A stretch of 64,000 nt of DNA. Origin: Phormidium sp. Its GTDB lineage: Bacteria; Cyanobacteriota; Cyanobacteriia; Cyanobacteriales; Aerosakkonemataceae. The stretch is from positions 1,184,001 to 1,248,000 of the forward strand of contig CP143273.1 in NCBI GenBank assembly GCA_051013385.1. The letters run 5' to 3'. Positions 19,941 through 30,100 of this stretch are shown here, one piece after another. The notes under the pieces are model-generated. The model saw nothing but the letters and a program-made list of their open reading frames with translations, ran no database searches and was not told where the DNA came from. Position 1 is the stretch's first letter; each line of letters starts with the position of its first letter. The position numbers and the translations under genes are program-made.

Positions 19941-21947
19941 ATGCAAAACAGGCAATTACCAAACCAAAGGTGGGAAATTTACCCAGAATTTCCAGCAAAG
20001 GCTCAAGAGTTAGCTATTAAAAATAACCTGTCACCATTGTTGACTCAGGTTATCCTAAATCGGGGGATTGAGACAGAGAAACAGGTAAAAGAATTTTTAG
20101 ATCCAGAATCTATGGATTTACCCGATCCCCTGGAGGAATTCTCTCAATTGGGAATCTGTTTGGAATTGTTGGAAAATGCGATCGCTGCAAGAGAAAAAAT
20201 TGCCATTTGCGGCGACTACGATGCAGATGGCATGACTAGTACTGCTCTATTATTACGAGCATTAAAATGGTTAGGAGCCCAAGTAGATTGTGATATTCCC
20301 GATCGTCAGAAAGACGGATACGGAATTAATCAGCGCCTTGTGGAAAAATTTCACAGAGAAGGCGTTAGGCTAATTTTAACAGTAGATAATGGTATTGCAG
20401 CTTATGACCCAATTAAAAAAGCGCAAGAATTAGGTTTAAAAGTTATTGTTACCGATCACCACGAGATCCCAGAAAATTTACCACCAGCAAACGCCATTCT
20501 TAACCCCAAACAGTTGCCAGAATCCTCACCATATAGCAGTGTTGCTGGTGTAGGTGTTGCATATATTTTGGCAGTATCTTTAGCGAAAAAATTGGGTAAA
20601 TCTCAGGGATTAGTGAAGCAACTGCTGGAACTTTGCACATTAGGAACTATTGCTGATATGGTGCCTCTGAAAGGTGTGAATCGGCGTTGGGTAAAACGTG
20701 GTTTACAGTTTTTACCAAACTCCGATCTCGAAGGGGTAAAAGCTTTAATTGAAGTCACAGGAATTAATCAGGGAAAAGCAACTTTAAAACCGGATGATAT
20801 TGGCTTTAAACTAGGCCCTAGAATTAATGCACTAGGTCGAATAGACGAACCACAAATAGTAATTGATTTGCTAACAACAGATGATATTGAAGTTGGGAAA
20901 ATACAAGGGAAACGATGCGACGAAATTAATAAACGCCGTCAGCAACTTTGTGAGGAAATTCAACAAGAAGCAATAGATTGGTGTGAAAAAAACCAAATAG
21001 ATTTACAGCAAGAGCGTGTTTTAGTAATTGTACAACCAAATTGGCATCATGGAGTAATTGGAATAGTTGCTTCACGCTTAGTGGAACGTTATGGTGTGCC
21101 AGTGTTTATTGGTACTTACGAAGAAGATGGGGAAAATATTAGAGGATCAGCGCGAGGGATACCAGAATTTCATGTGTTTCAAGCTTTGGAGTTCTGCAAA
21201 GATTTATTAGGCAAATTTGGCGGACATAAAGCGGCGGGAGGATTTTCTTTACCAGCTAAGAATTTGCCAGAATTGCGATCGCGCTTACGTGAGTTTGCCC
21301 ACAAATGTCTACAACCAGAACACCTAAAACCGCTACTTAAAATAGATGCTCAAGCTGATTTTCATCAGATAAATCTCGACCTTTATCGTCAGATTGATGT
21401 CTTTCACCCTTGCGACAAAATCGAAAATCCGCTTCCGGTGTTTTGGACACCTAATGTGCAAGTTATTGACCAAAGAATTGTTAAGAATGAACATCTCAAG
21501 CTGACACTAGCACAGAATATTGGTAGCCAACGAACTACAATTAAAGCGATCGCATGGCGTTGGAGTCAATACTATCCCCTACCAGGAAAAATCGATATTG
21601 CCTACAGACTGCAAGAGAATATTTGGAATGGCAATACAACGATTGAAATAGAATTATTAGGTGTACGAAATTCAACAGAATCGCCTAGCCAATCACCTAT
21701 TGCTTTAGTTAAAGCAGAGTTTTATCACAATCAAAAGCGTTACACTTGCGGGTTATATCCAAATGATTCCTTAACCGAATTAAGAATTAGAAATGCTGAA
21801 GGCAAAGTTTTAGCAATTCCTTTAGGAAAAACCACAGGTTTATTAGGTAAAACTCGCGAAGACGCTAGGGAAATCAATATTTTACAACCACCTTTCTCTA
21901 CTTTAGTAGAAGCTGCACAAATAGCATTAGAAAAAGCCAAATGGTAA
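19941..21947 (+). CDS. recJ: Single-stranded DNA exonuclease RecJ
   Basis: GDYDADG, TVDNG, TDHH, GSARG, GGHKAAGG. Confidence 0.96.
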   Translation: MQNRQLPNQRWEIYPEFPAKAQELAIKNNLSPLLTQVILNRGIETEKQVKEFLDPESMDLPDPLEEFSQLGICLELLENAIAAREKIAICGDYDADGMTSTALLLRALKWLGAQVDCDIPDRQKDGYGINQRLVEKFHREGVRLILTVDNGIAAYDPIKKAQELGLKVIVTDHHEIPENLPPANAILNPKQLPESSPYSSVAGVGVAYILAVSLAKKLGKSQGLVKQLLELCTLGTIADMVPLKGVNRRWVKRGLQFLPNSDLEGVKALIEVTGINQGKATLKPDDIGFKLGPRINALGRIDEPQIVIDLLTTDDIEVGKIQGKRCDEINKRRQQLCEEIQQEAIDWCEKNQIDLQQERVLVIVQPNWHHGVIGIVASRLVERYGVPVFIGTYEEDGENIRGSARGIPEFHVFQALEFCKDLLGKFGGHKAAGGFSLPAKNLPELRSRLREFAHKCLQPEHLKPLLKIDAQADFHQINLDLYRQIDVFHPCDKIENPLPVFWTPNVQVIDQRIVKNEHLKLTLAQNIGSQRTTIKAIAWRWSQYYPLPGKIDIAYRLQENIWNGNTTIEIELLGVRNSTESPSQSPIALVKAEFYHNQKRYTCGLYPNDSLTELRIRNAEGKVLAIPLGKTTGLLGKTREDAREINILQPPFSTLVEAAQIALEKAKW

Positions 21948-21989
21948 ATTATATCAACTTTAGTTAATCATTTATCATAAAAATCTCTT

Positions 21990-22075
21990 CTTGTCCCCTT
22001 GTCCCCCTGTGCCCTTGTCCCCCTGTGCCCTTGTCCCCTTGTCCCCTTGTCCCCTTGTCCCCCTGTCCCCCTGTC
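21990..22075. repeat. Short tandem repeat (TGTCCCCY)n
   Basis: About 10 degenerate octamers. Confidence 0.9.
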
Positions 22076-22164
22076 AGCCATCTGTAACAGACTGAAAAAA
22101 AACCAAATTAAAGGGGGATCAACTCCCCCTTGTTAATTGTTAAGGACTGAACTCGCAGAAGCTT

Positions 22165-22308
22165 TTACAAATTGCCGTTGCGAGAAGCTAGTACTACAAT
22201 CACGGCTGGTCCAGCAAGCATAATTAAAGCTACCAGAGTCAGCTGGGCAATCACTTCCCAGTTAATGCTGGTAACAACACTGGTAACAGAATTAATAACC
22301 GATCCCAT
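22165..22308 (-). CDS. psb30: Photosystem II protein Psb30/Ycf12
   Basis: Not in ORF track. 47 aa [47 protein letters not shown] with GGAGGAG RBS. Confidence 0.95.
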   Translation of the reverse strand: MGSVINSVTSVVTSINWEVIAQLTLVALIMLAGPAVIVVLASRNGNL

Positions 22309-22443
22309 TTCTCCTCCCGAACTAACCCAGATAGGCTTGAATCGCTACATTAAAATCCGTCTCTTATATTACCTGCCTACAGTCCACTTCTTTTAAGCAA
22401 CTTAACAAAACTATAAAAAAGTATAAACAAACATGAAGCGCTC

Positions 22444-22496
22444 AGATCCCCCTAGATCCCCGACTTCTTCAAGAAGTCGGGGATCTAGGGGGATCT
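22444..22496. repeat. Perfect 26-bp-arm palindrome (nested repeat)
   Basis: AGATCCCCCTAGATCCCCGACTTCTT-C-AAGAAGTCGGGGATCTAGGGGGATCT. Confidence 0.9.
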
Positions 22497-22551
22497 AGAT
22501 TCAATAGTTGCTAGACTCTAAAAGCATTGACACAAAGGAATTGGGAAAATC

Positions 22552-22902
22552 ATGGCGACTTGGTGTTGCGTCAAAGGATGTGGTGCTTGCTGTTATCTAG
22601 AACCATCTGAGCGTCCCGACTTAGAAGAATATCTTACCCCAGCGGAGTTAGAGCAGTATCTTAGCATGGTGGGGGAAGAGGGATGGTGTATAAATTTCGA
22701 TCGCACTACCCGCAAATGTCGCATCTACTCAAATCGTCCGCGATTTTGTCGCGTCGAGCCAGAAACATTTCAGGATATGTACGGCATAGCAGCAGAAGAA
22801 CTCAACGACTTTGCCATTGAATGTTGTCAAGAGCATATATCCGACATTTACGGCACTGATAGCCCGGAAATGCAACAGTTTAATCAAAAAATTGAATTTT
22901 AG
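22552..22902 (+). CDS. YkgJ family cysteine-cluster protein
   Basis: CVKGCGACC, WCINFD, CRIYSNRPRFCR. Confidence 0.88.
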   Translation: MATWCCVKGCGACCYLEPSERPDLEEYLTPAELEQYLSMVGEEGWCINFDRTTRKCRIYSNRPRFCRVEPETFQDMYGIAAEELNDFAIECCQEHISDIYGTDSPEMQQFNQKIEF

Positions 22903-23026
22903 CTTATTATTTTATCTAAATGAATGTCGCAATTCATCTCCCGTCAAAACCAAGGAGAGACGGTGAGAGTGTCAATTGATGTATTCTTTCGATGAGGTAA
23001 ACTTAGGTGTTTTATAGGAGTGGCTC

Positions 23027-24568
23027 GTGCAAGAAAGATCGCAAAGCCCTTATCAACAGCTAGCAGATCTGGAAGATAAACTCAGGCGGGCGAATGAACA
23101 CATTCAACGGCTCAAACAGGAGAACGGCAAACTCCAACAAAATGTCGTTTCATTTAGCCCAAAACCTGCGATTACCGGGCTCAAGCCGGAGGAAAGCAAA
23201 CCTCAACGACAAGTTGGCAGGTTTGAGCCAGGAAATAAAACACAGTCTGGCATCAAAGCTGATGATTTTTCACTTTTGCGTTTAGAAAAAGCCACACCTA
23301 GAAGAAGAAGACGTTCCTCTAGATATCGAGACTTAGATAACACAAGTTATCTGAGAAAGCGGAGAACTCGCAAAGGTTGGAGGAAATCTTATCAGCTACG
23401 AATAGCGGCGCTCTTCTTAGCAGCAGTGACAGTTGTGTGGATTATTATCTGGGCTGTTTCTTCTGTCGTGCAGTTATTTAATCCGAGTACCGCCAGAGTT
23501 ACTCAACAAAATAAAGAACTGTTGAAGCAGCTACCTACTACACCTTTACTGCCACCAGATATTCCTCCGAGAACTAATGCGATCGCACTACCAACCCCAA
23601 TAAATCCTAGTTTACAAGAAACTGAATTAGTTTATAACGTCACTACTCCTCCTGATTTAAAACCAAGTCAACAATTGCAAGGAATTGTTGATGAAATGGT
23701 GCAGTTAATTCAATCCAAAAGATTACCCACACAACCCCTATCTATCACCTTGATTAATGTGAAAACCGGAGAAACAGCTGGATTTCAACAAAACACCCTT
23801 CTGTATCCCGCAAGTGTGGTCAAAATGTTTTGGATGGTCAATGTTTTTGCAGAAATGCGCCAAGGGATTTTGCCCAATGAACCTGTTTATGGTGCCGATT
23901 TGAATCGGATGATTCAACAGTCTTCTAACGATGCTGCTAGTCGCTTAGTTGATGCTGTCACTAGTACTGACTCTGGTTACATTTTGCGGGGCGAAAAGTA
24001 TGATAACTGGGCGAGTAAGCGCCGCCAACTTAGTGAATTTTTCAGCAAAGCTGGATACGAAGGGATTGCCATCCATCAAAAAACCTACCCAATTAATTAT
24101 TTGCGCCATGAAACACCAGAGGGTAGAGATATGCAAATGTGGACCGATCCTAAAGAGTTAAGAAATCAAATTTCCAGCGAACACGCCGCTAGATTAATGT
24201 ATGAAATTGTTACGGGAAAAGCAGTTTCCCCAGAAGCAAGTGCCAAAATGGTGCAGTTCTTGGCGAGAGATTTAAGATTATCAGCTTGGCGGGAAAATAC
24301 CGCCAGATTTGCAGGATTTAACCCAGTTCGGGGCTTTTTGGGGCAAGGATTACCCGCCGAGTTGGATTTTGCTTCTAAAGCAGGTTCGACAGAAACAGGT
24401 CGTCATGAGGTAGCTTTTGTCAGAAGTCGGGAGGAAGATGGCCCAATTTATATTGTGTCGATTTTAGGTGCAGATGAAGGTTATTTTAACGACTGGCAGC
24501 TATTTCCGACGCTATCGCGGCTGGTGTTCGATCGCATGAGTGGAAAAACTCCCGAACAACAGCAGTAA
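23027..24568 (+). CDS. Membrane-anchored serine hydrolase (class A beta-lactamase-like)
   Basis: SVVK (SxxK), SSN, KAG motifs after a coiled coil, an Arg-rich segment and a TM helix. Confidence 0.85.
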   Translation: MQERSQSPYQQLADLEDKLRRANEHIQRLKQENGKLQQNVVSFSPKPAITGLKPEESKPQRQVGRFEPGNKTQSGIKADDFSLLRLEKATPRRRRRSSRYRDLDNTSYLRKRRTRKGWRKSYQLRIAALFLAAVTVVWIIIWAVSSVVQLFNPSTARVTQQNKELLKQLPTTPLLPPDIPPRTNAIALPTPINPSLQETELVYNVTTPPDLKPSQQLQGIVDEMVQLIQSKRLPTQPLSITLINVKTGETAGFQQNTLLYPASVVKMFWMVNVFAEMRQGILPNEPVYGADLNRMIQQSSNDAASRLVDAVTSTDSGYILRGEKYDNWASKRRQLSEFFSKAGYEGIAIHQKTYPINYLRHETPEGRDMQMWTDPKELRNQISSEHAARLMYEIVTGKAVSPEASAKMVQFLARDLRLSAWRENTARFAGFNPVRGFLGQGLPAELDFASKAGSTETGRHEVAFVRSREEDGPIYIVSILGADEGYFNDWQLFPTLSRLVFDRMSGKTPEQQQ

Positions 24569-24636
24569 AAATTACATCAAAATGCGCTCTTGGGGATAAA
24601 ATGAAAGAAATATGAAAACCACCTAGTACTTGACAA

Positions 24637-25077
24637 TTGCCTGTGAAACTATCTTCTGCACCGCCAACTTTGTCTGCGCCTGAGTCAGTTAATCAGACTA
24701 GGGATGCACAGTTAACTGTGATGGAGTCAACGCTCTTAACCACTGATTCCGTGAAACTGGCGAAACCAACACAACAGCCAAGCCAGAATGTCAGCAAAGG
24801 AGCATTAGCAGTTTTTGCTTCTACTTTTGTGACTATCTTCTTGTCAGAAATGGGAGATAAAACTCAAGTAGCTACTTTGCTGATGAGTGCAGAATCTCAG
24901 TCTCCTTGGTTAGTTTTTGCTGGCGCATCTTCAGCGCTAATAGCAACAAGTTTGTTGGGAGTTTTACTCGGTAGGTGGTTAGCAACTAAGGTATCTCCGC
25001 AAATTTTAAATAAAGCCGCTGGCATCAGTATGCTAGTAATTACCATGCAGTTAGTTTGGGAAATTTTCCATTCTTAA
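24637..25077 (+). CDS. TMEM165/GDT1 (UPF0016) half-transporter
   Basis: EMGDKTQ motif and 3 TM helices; start uncertain. Confidence 0.9.
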   Translation: MPVKLSSAPPTLSAPESVNQTRDAQLTVMESTLLTTDSVKLAKPTQQPSQNVSKGALAVFASTFVTIFLSEMGDKTQVATLLMSAESQSPWLVFAGASSALIATSLLGVLLGRWLATKVSPQILNKAAGISMLVITMQLVWEIFHS

Positions 25078-25193
25078 TCTAGGGACTGGGAATGACAGGC
25101 AAGATGCCTGTCCTACAGGACTGGGGATTGCTGAGAATTCCCAAATCCCAAATAAAAAAATCCAAAATCCAAAATCTAAAATCTAAAATCGCT

Positions 25194-25490
25194 ATGATTG
25201 ACTGGCATCTTTTAGGACTAAGTTTTATTACTGTGTTTTTGTCAGAATTAGGAGACAAAAGCCAACTCGCTGCGATCGCTCTGAGTGGAAGTACAAAATT
25301 TCCCCGTGCAGTGTTTTTAGGTACAGCTGGCGCGTTACTACTCACCAGTTTTTTAGGCGTAATTGCTGGCGAAGGTGCAGCACAATTGTTACCTGTACAT
25401 TGGGTAAAAGCGATCGCTGCGATCGGTTTTGCAATTATGGCTGTCCGCCTACTTTTCTCAAGTACTGCTTTACCCGAAGAATCAGAATAA
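25194..25490 (+). CDS. TMEM165/GDT1 (UPF0016) half-transporter
   Basis: ELGDKSQ motif. Likely start MIDWH at 25194; the longer ORF reads through STRR DNA. Confidence 0.9.
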   Translation: MIDWHLLGLSFITVFLSELGDKSQLAAIALSGSTKFPRAVFLGTAGALLLTSFLGVIAGEGAAQLLPVHWVKAIAAIGFAIMAVRLLFSSTALPEESE

Positions 25491-25507
25491 ACTATACCTT
25501 AAACACC

Positions 25508-25540
25508 AGAAACCCGGTTTCTTCAAGAAACCGGGTTTCT
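25508..25540. repeat. Dispersed palindrome AGAAACCCGGTTTCTT-N-AAGAAACCGGGTTTCT (second copy 38058-38090)
   Basis: Two near-identical copies, both between convergent genes. Confidence 0.85.
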
Positions 25541-25562
25541 CTGTACCTAAGTTTCTCAACAA

Positions 25563-26060
25563 TTAGTTTTCTCGATAAAAGAAACTCAGAACCGCACCAC
25601 CAGTGATTAACTTAATTACTTCCAAAATCCAGTAAGTGTTATGCAACAAACCCATACTAGCAGGGACAGAAGTAACTGGATCGAGAACCTCTATATTTAA
25701 CCCCAAAGCACTCATGTTTGGTGTCAATACATAAGTGAAAATCAGAGCAATAGTTAGAAGTATCATTGCTAAACCTATTGCATTGCGGCTCTGACTCACT
25801 AAAGTATTTTGCGTGCGTTTGACAACTAACACACCCGTCAATACTAAAGCGGCACACAACAATTCAATGCGGTTAAAAATCCAGAAAATTAGATAACCTG
25901 CTGTGGCAAAACCACTTAGCGACATCATTCCCGAAGCATACAAACCAGGCATAATTACCAAGTCCAAAACCAGGCTAGTACTGAGCCAAAAGGTCAAGGT
26001 AAAAATAACTACAGTTTGCCATCCTGGTCGCTTTAACTGAAGACTAGAGATTGAAGACAT
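25563..26060 (-). CDS. 4-TM membrane protein (DUF4149-like)
   Basis: Four hydrophobic helices; FNRIELLC, LTPNM, LHNTYW. Confidence 0.7.
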   Translation of the reverse strand: MSSISSLQLKRPGWQTVVIFTLTFWLSTSLVLDLVIMPGLYASGMMSLSGFATAGYLIFWIFNRIELLCAALVLTGVLVVKRTQNTLVSQSRNAIGLAMILLTIALIFTYVLTPNMSALGLNIEVLDPVTSVPASMGLLHNTYWILEVIKLITGGAVLSFFYREN

Positions 26061-26231
26061 ATAATTCCACCTGCTTTTGCATTACTTTCAGTTTAGCTAA
26101 TTTTTCTTGTTAAAAATATGAAATATCTTTGCGGTTTGTTGCAGTTTTTGTGATTAAAATTAGTTAATAATGGCAGAAGATTTTTAAATTACGAGATAGC
26201 AAAACTTCTTTTCAAATCTTAATAAAAACTC

Positions 26232-26789
26232 ATGAATACTTCTCGGATTATCTGGGCCACATTAGCAGCCACAGTAGGTATTTTAGCTGGCTGGCAACAG
26301 GCAGAGGCAGTACAACTGGCAGATGGTACAGTTTACTTTGTGCAGCTTCCCAGTTTATTAGCCGCAACTACCACTTTTAACGATGCTTGTGCATGGTCAG
26401 CAACATATTATTTTACTGTTAACCTGCCGGAAAATGCCGGAGAACCTTTACAACGAGTGGTGATTAACCAACATGAAGGAGTGGAGGACGTAGATTTTCG
26501 CTGGGAAGAAAGTCGTGCTTTTGTAGGAGTTCGGCGTAAAAAAGGGGAAGATTTGCCAATTCAAGAAGTGACAACAGATGAAAAAACTCGTTCTATTGCG
26601 ATCGCTTTTGATCCCCCTATTGCTCCGGGAAAAACTGTAACTATTGCTCTTGAGCCTGTGCGTAATCCTTGTTTCGGAGGAGTTTATTTGTTTGGGGTGA
26701 CGGCTTTTCCTCCGGGAGAAAAAGTACATGGTCAATTTCTCGGTTTTGGACGGTTCCACTTTTATGAGCGCAGAAACTTCTTTTGGTAA
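26232..26789 (+). CDS. DUF2808 domain protein
   Basis: Signal peptide, TYYFTVNLP, FDPPIAPG, NP..GGVYLFGVTAFP. Confidence 0.85.
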   Translation: MNTSRIIWATLAATVGILAGWQQAEAVQLADGTVYFVQLPSLLAATTTFNDACAWSATYYFTVNLPENAGEPLQRVVINQHEGVEDVDFRWEESRAFVGVRRKKGEDLPIQEVTTDEKTRSIAIAFDPPIAPGKTVTIALEPVRNPCFGGVYLFGVTAFPPGEKVHGQFLGFGRFHFYERRNFFW

Positions 26790-27176
26790 TTCAGCTAGTA
26801 AGTATACAGTATTACCCTAGTAAAACGCAGTATAAATATGTGAAACCCGGTTTGGATATCGGGTTTTTAATTTGCATAAGCTGTAATAAAGTATAAATTC
26901 AACAGAAATTTTTAGGCATTTTAAATTTAAAGTAAGCAACTTATAAAGTCGAAATTAATTGTTATAAAAAAGGATTAAAGTTTATCAAAATTAATATATT
27001 TTATTTAATTAATAATAGGGCATCTTTGCAATTCGATTTAAGTATTGTTGCCACTTGACGATCGCTATAAAACCCATGGCAATATTGACAAAGAAAAACA
27101 TGGTTGCTAAACACAAGTATTTTTCAACCTAAAAGTAAAAAGTACAACTTAGAATTCTGTAAGGCATAGAACAATC

Positions 27177-30100
27177 ATGACAACAACTCAACTCAGAAAC
27201 GCTTATATTATTGGACAAGAAAACTTTCAAAGCTGGAGCCAAGGATTCGACCAAAGTAACTATTTACGGGTGTTACCTCACCCCGATCAAAAAGTTGCCT
27301 ACAAAGACCCATTTCGAGATTGGCAATTAGACCGTCCCGGTAATTATATTTCCAGTTGGGGGCCGCAGGAAGAACTAAACGCTACCCTAAGAATGGAAAA
27401 TATTAATCAAGTTCAAATTGATGGGTTTGGTATTCTCAAATCAGGAGATGGAAAAATTCCTTGGCTCCCTAATGCTAACAATCAAGCTAGCAATACTCCC
27501 TACGAACAATTAAGAGGTTATAATGGCACAATACCAGGGCCATTTTTAATTACAGAACCAGGAGACACATTAAATTTATGGTTGGAAAATAACTTAGAGC
27601 AAGTAACCAACCTCCACACTCATGGACTTCATGTAACACCTATGGGGCGCGGAGATAATGTGCTTCATGTAGTAGAATCGGGAGAAAGTTGGAATCAAAT
27701 TATTCCCATTCCTGATAATCATTTTATTGGCCCTGATTGGTATCACCCTCATTTACACGGATTAACAAATGAACAGGTTTCTTCAGGATTAGCAGGTCAA
27801 TTATTACTAACGGCTCCCTATAATTTGCCGGATTTAGACAAATTCAATCCCAAAGAAAGGCCATTTCATTTTATGGCACTTAATACTTTTGGAGTGCAAC
27901 AGGTAAACAGGCAAGGAAGCCTAACCGATCCGTTAAATCAAAACCCAACAATAGCCCTTCCTGCTGGGACACCATTGCAAGTTTTGGGAACAGAAAATGG
28001 GCAACCAGTTTATGAATTGTCCGATGCAGTTTTCATGGGTTACAATGCCAAACCCATACCTTACGATCCGACAAGACCTACAGGTGGTGCGCCGGGAATT
28101 TTCTCATACGGCGGTGGGCCATTAGCTGAAGCTGTAGAAAATGCAATTCACACAGTTAATGGTCAGTATAATCCGACGATTGAAGTGAAAACTGGTGAAT
28201 GGAATTTGTTCGCATTCACTAATATGAACAGTAATGCTTTTCACATTATTCAACTGTTCAAAGAAGAAGGGGACAATTTAATTCCTCAAGAAGTAACATT
28301 GGTGGCTATTGATGGAGATGCTGCGGGAGCAGTAGCTTCTAATAGTAGAAAGATTAGCGAACTGCCTGTTCTTTCTCCCGGACAAAGATTAAGTGTTCAA
28401 GAATGGTTTGAAAAACCAGGGAAATATTATTTCCTATCTAATGGAACTGAAGAAATTATCGGCAATAATACTTCGACTTTAATTAAAGGAAAAGATGGAT
28501 TTGCTGATGGTCACTTGATTTGGGGCCCGCAAGTATTAGCAACTGTGGAAGTGACGGGAAATGAAGTACCAGAAGGTGCGCCTCCAGAAGCTTATGATAC
28601 TTTAATTGAACAAGCCCAAGAAATTGATGAAAAAGTTGCAGCTGCAAAAAGCGGAGATTTCGATCGCCAACGAGCATTTACTTGGTCAGCCAACTTGGGG
28701 AATGCGCTGGCAATAGGTAACATCCCCGACGATTTGGAAGTTCCTACTTTCGAGGGAACATATCGAATTAACGGAGAATATTTTGCTACCGAATTTGGGA
28801 AGAGTCAAGTTCCTTTGGCAATGCCAATGTTAGGCACAACCGAAGTTTGGAGTATGAAGAATATCTCTGGTAAAAGCGATCCCAACCTTCCTCCTGAAAT
28901 AGATATTCCTTTGCTGGAATGGCATCCTTTCCACATTCACCAAAATGATTTTACAGTTCTAGAAATTAACGGGATTCCTGTTAGTCAACTGAAAAGTGCT
29001 TATCTAGATGGTGTGTTGAGCGATACGATCGGTCTACCACCAACTTACGACCCCAGCCAACCACCGAACGCAGAGAATCCTTACGGCATACCTATGGTAA
29101 ATGGGGAAACTTCCGAAGTGAAAGTGGTGATGGAATTTGAAGATTTTCCCGGTAGTTATGTGAATCACTGCCACATTTTGTTCCACGAAGATGCCGGAAT
29201 GATGGCACCTGTGCGCGTGGTTTTGAATACGGACAGTACTTGGTTAGGTTTAGCTGGTGAACAAAGTAATGGAAAATTGGATTTATATCGGGCGAGTAAT
29301 TTAAACCAAAAGATTAGTTTATCGCCCTTTGGTGCAGCATTTACAGGTGCGATCGGTCTAGCAATTGGTGATGTTAATTACAAACAAAAAGACAATCGGA
29401 ATAAAAATGTTACCGATAACGTCACCGATATTATTACTATTCAATCTAATTTGAGTAGTACAGAAACTAGATTCACTATCAAAGTATTTGATGGTCAGAC
29501 ATTGATCGAAGGGCAAGCACAAGGCGTTACCCAATTTGACGGACTGAACCAAGAATTAGTACTAACTCAATTCTCTCCCTTCGCCAACCAAACATTTACG
29601 CCTAATGCCAAAGCATCAGTAGCAGCAGGAGATATTAACGGCGATGGTTTTTCTGACATCATCGTTGGTGTAGGTGGAGTTGCCAATTCTTCAATTGAAA
29701 TTTATAGCGGTTTGGACGATCGCTTAATCGCCAGAATTAATCCATTCCATCATGAAACCGGATTCACAGGCACAATTAACTTAGCTTCTGGTGATATTGA
29801 CGGAGACAACTTTGATGATGTTATTGTTTCCCAAGGTTCTGGAGGACGAGGATTAGTAGAAGTTTACAGTGGACGTTCCATTGAAACAAAAGGCAGTTTG
29901 AATGGTAAAGATACAGCACATGACACTGAATTATTAACCCAAACTTTCCAACCTTATGGTGAATTCAATGGCGAAATTAAAGTAACTTCTGGTTATGTTT
30001 TACAAAGACCAGATGTTCCCAATGGACAAGCCATTCAAAGTTACCACGCCAACCTCACTACAATGGCGGTTGGTAACGTACCTCAAGGTCAAGAAGCAGT

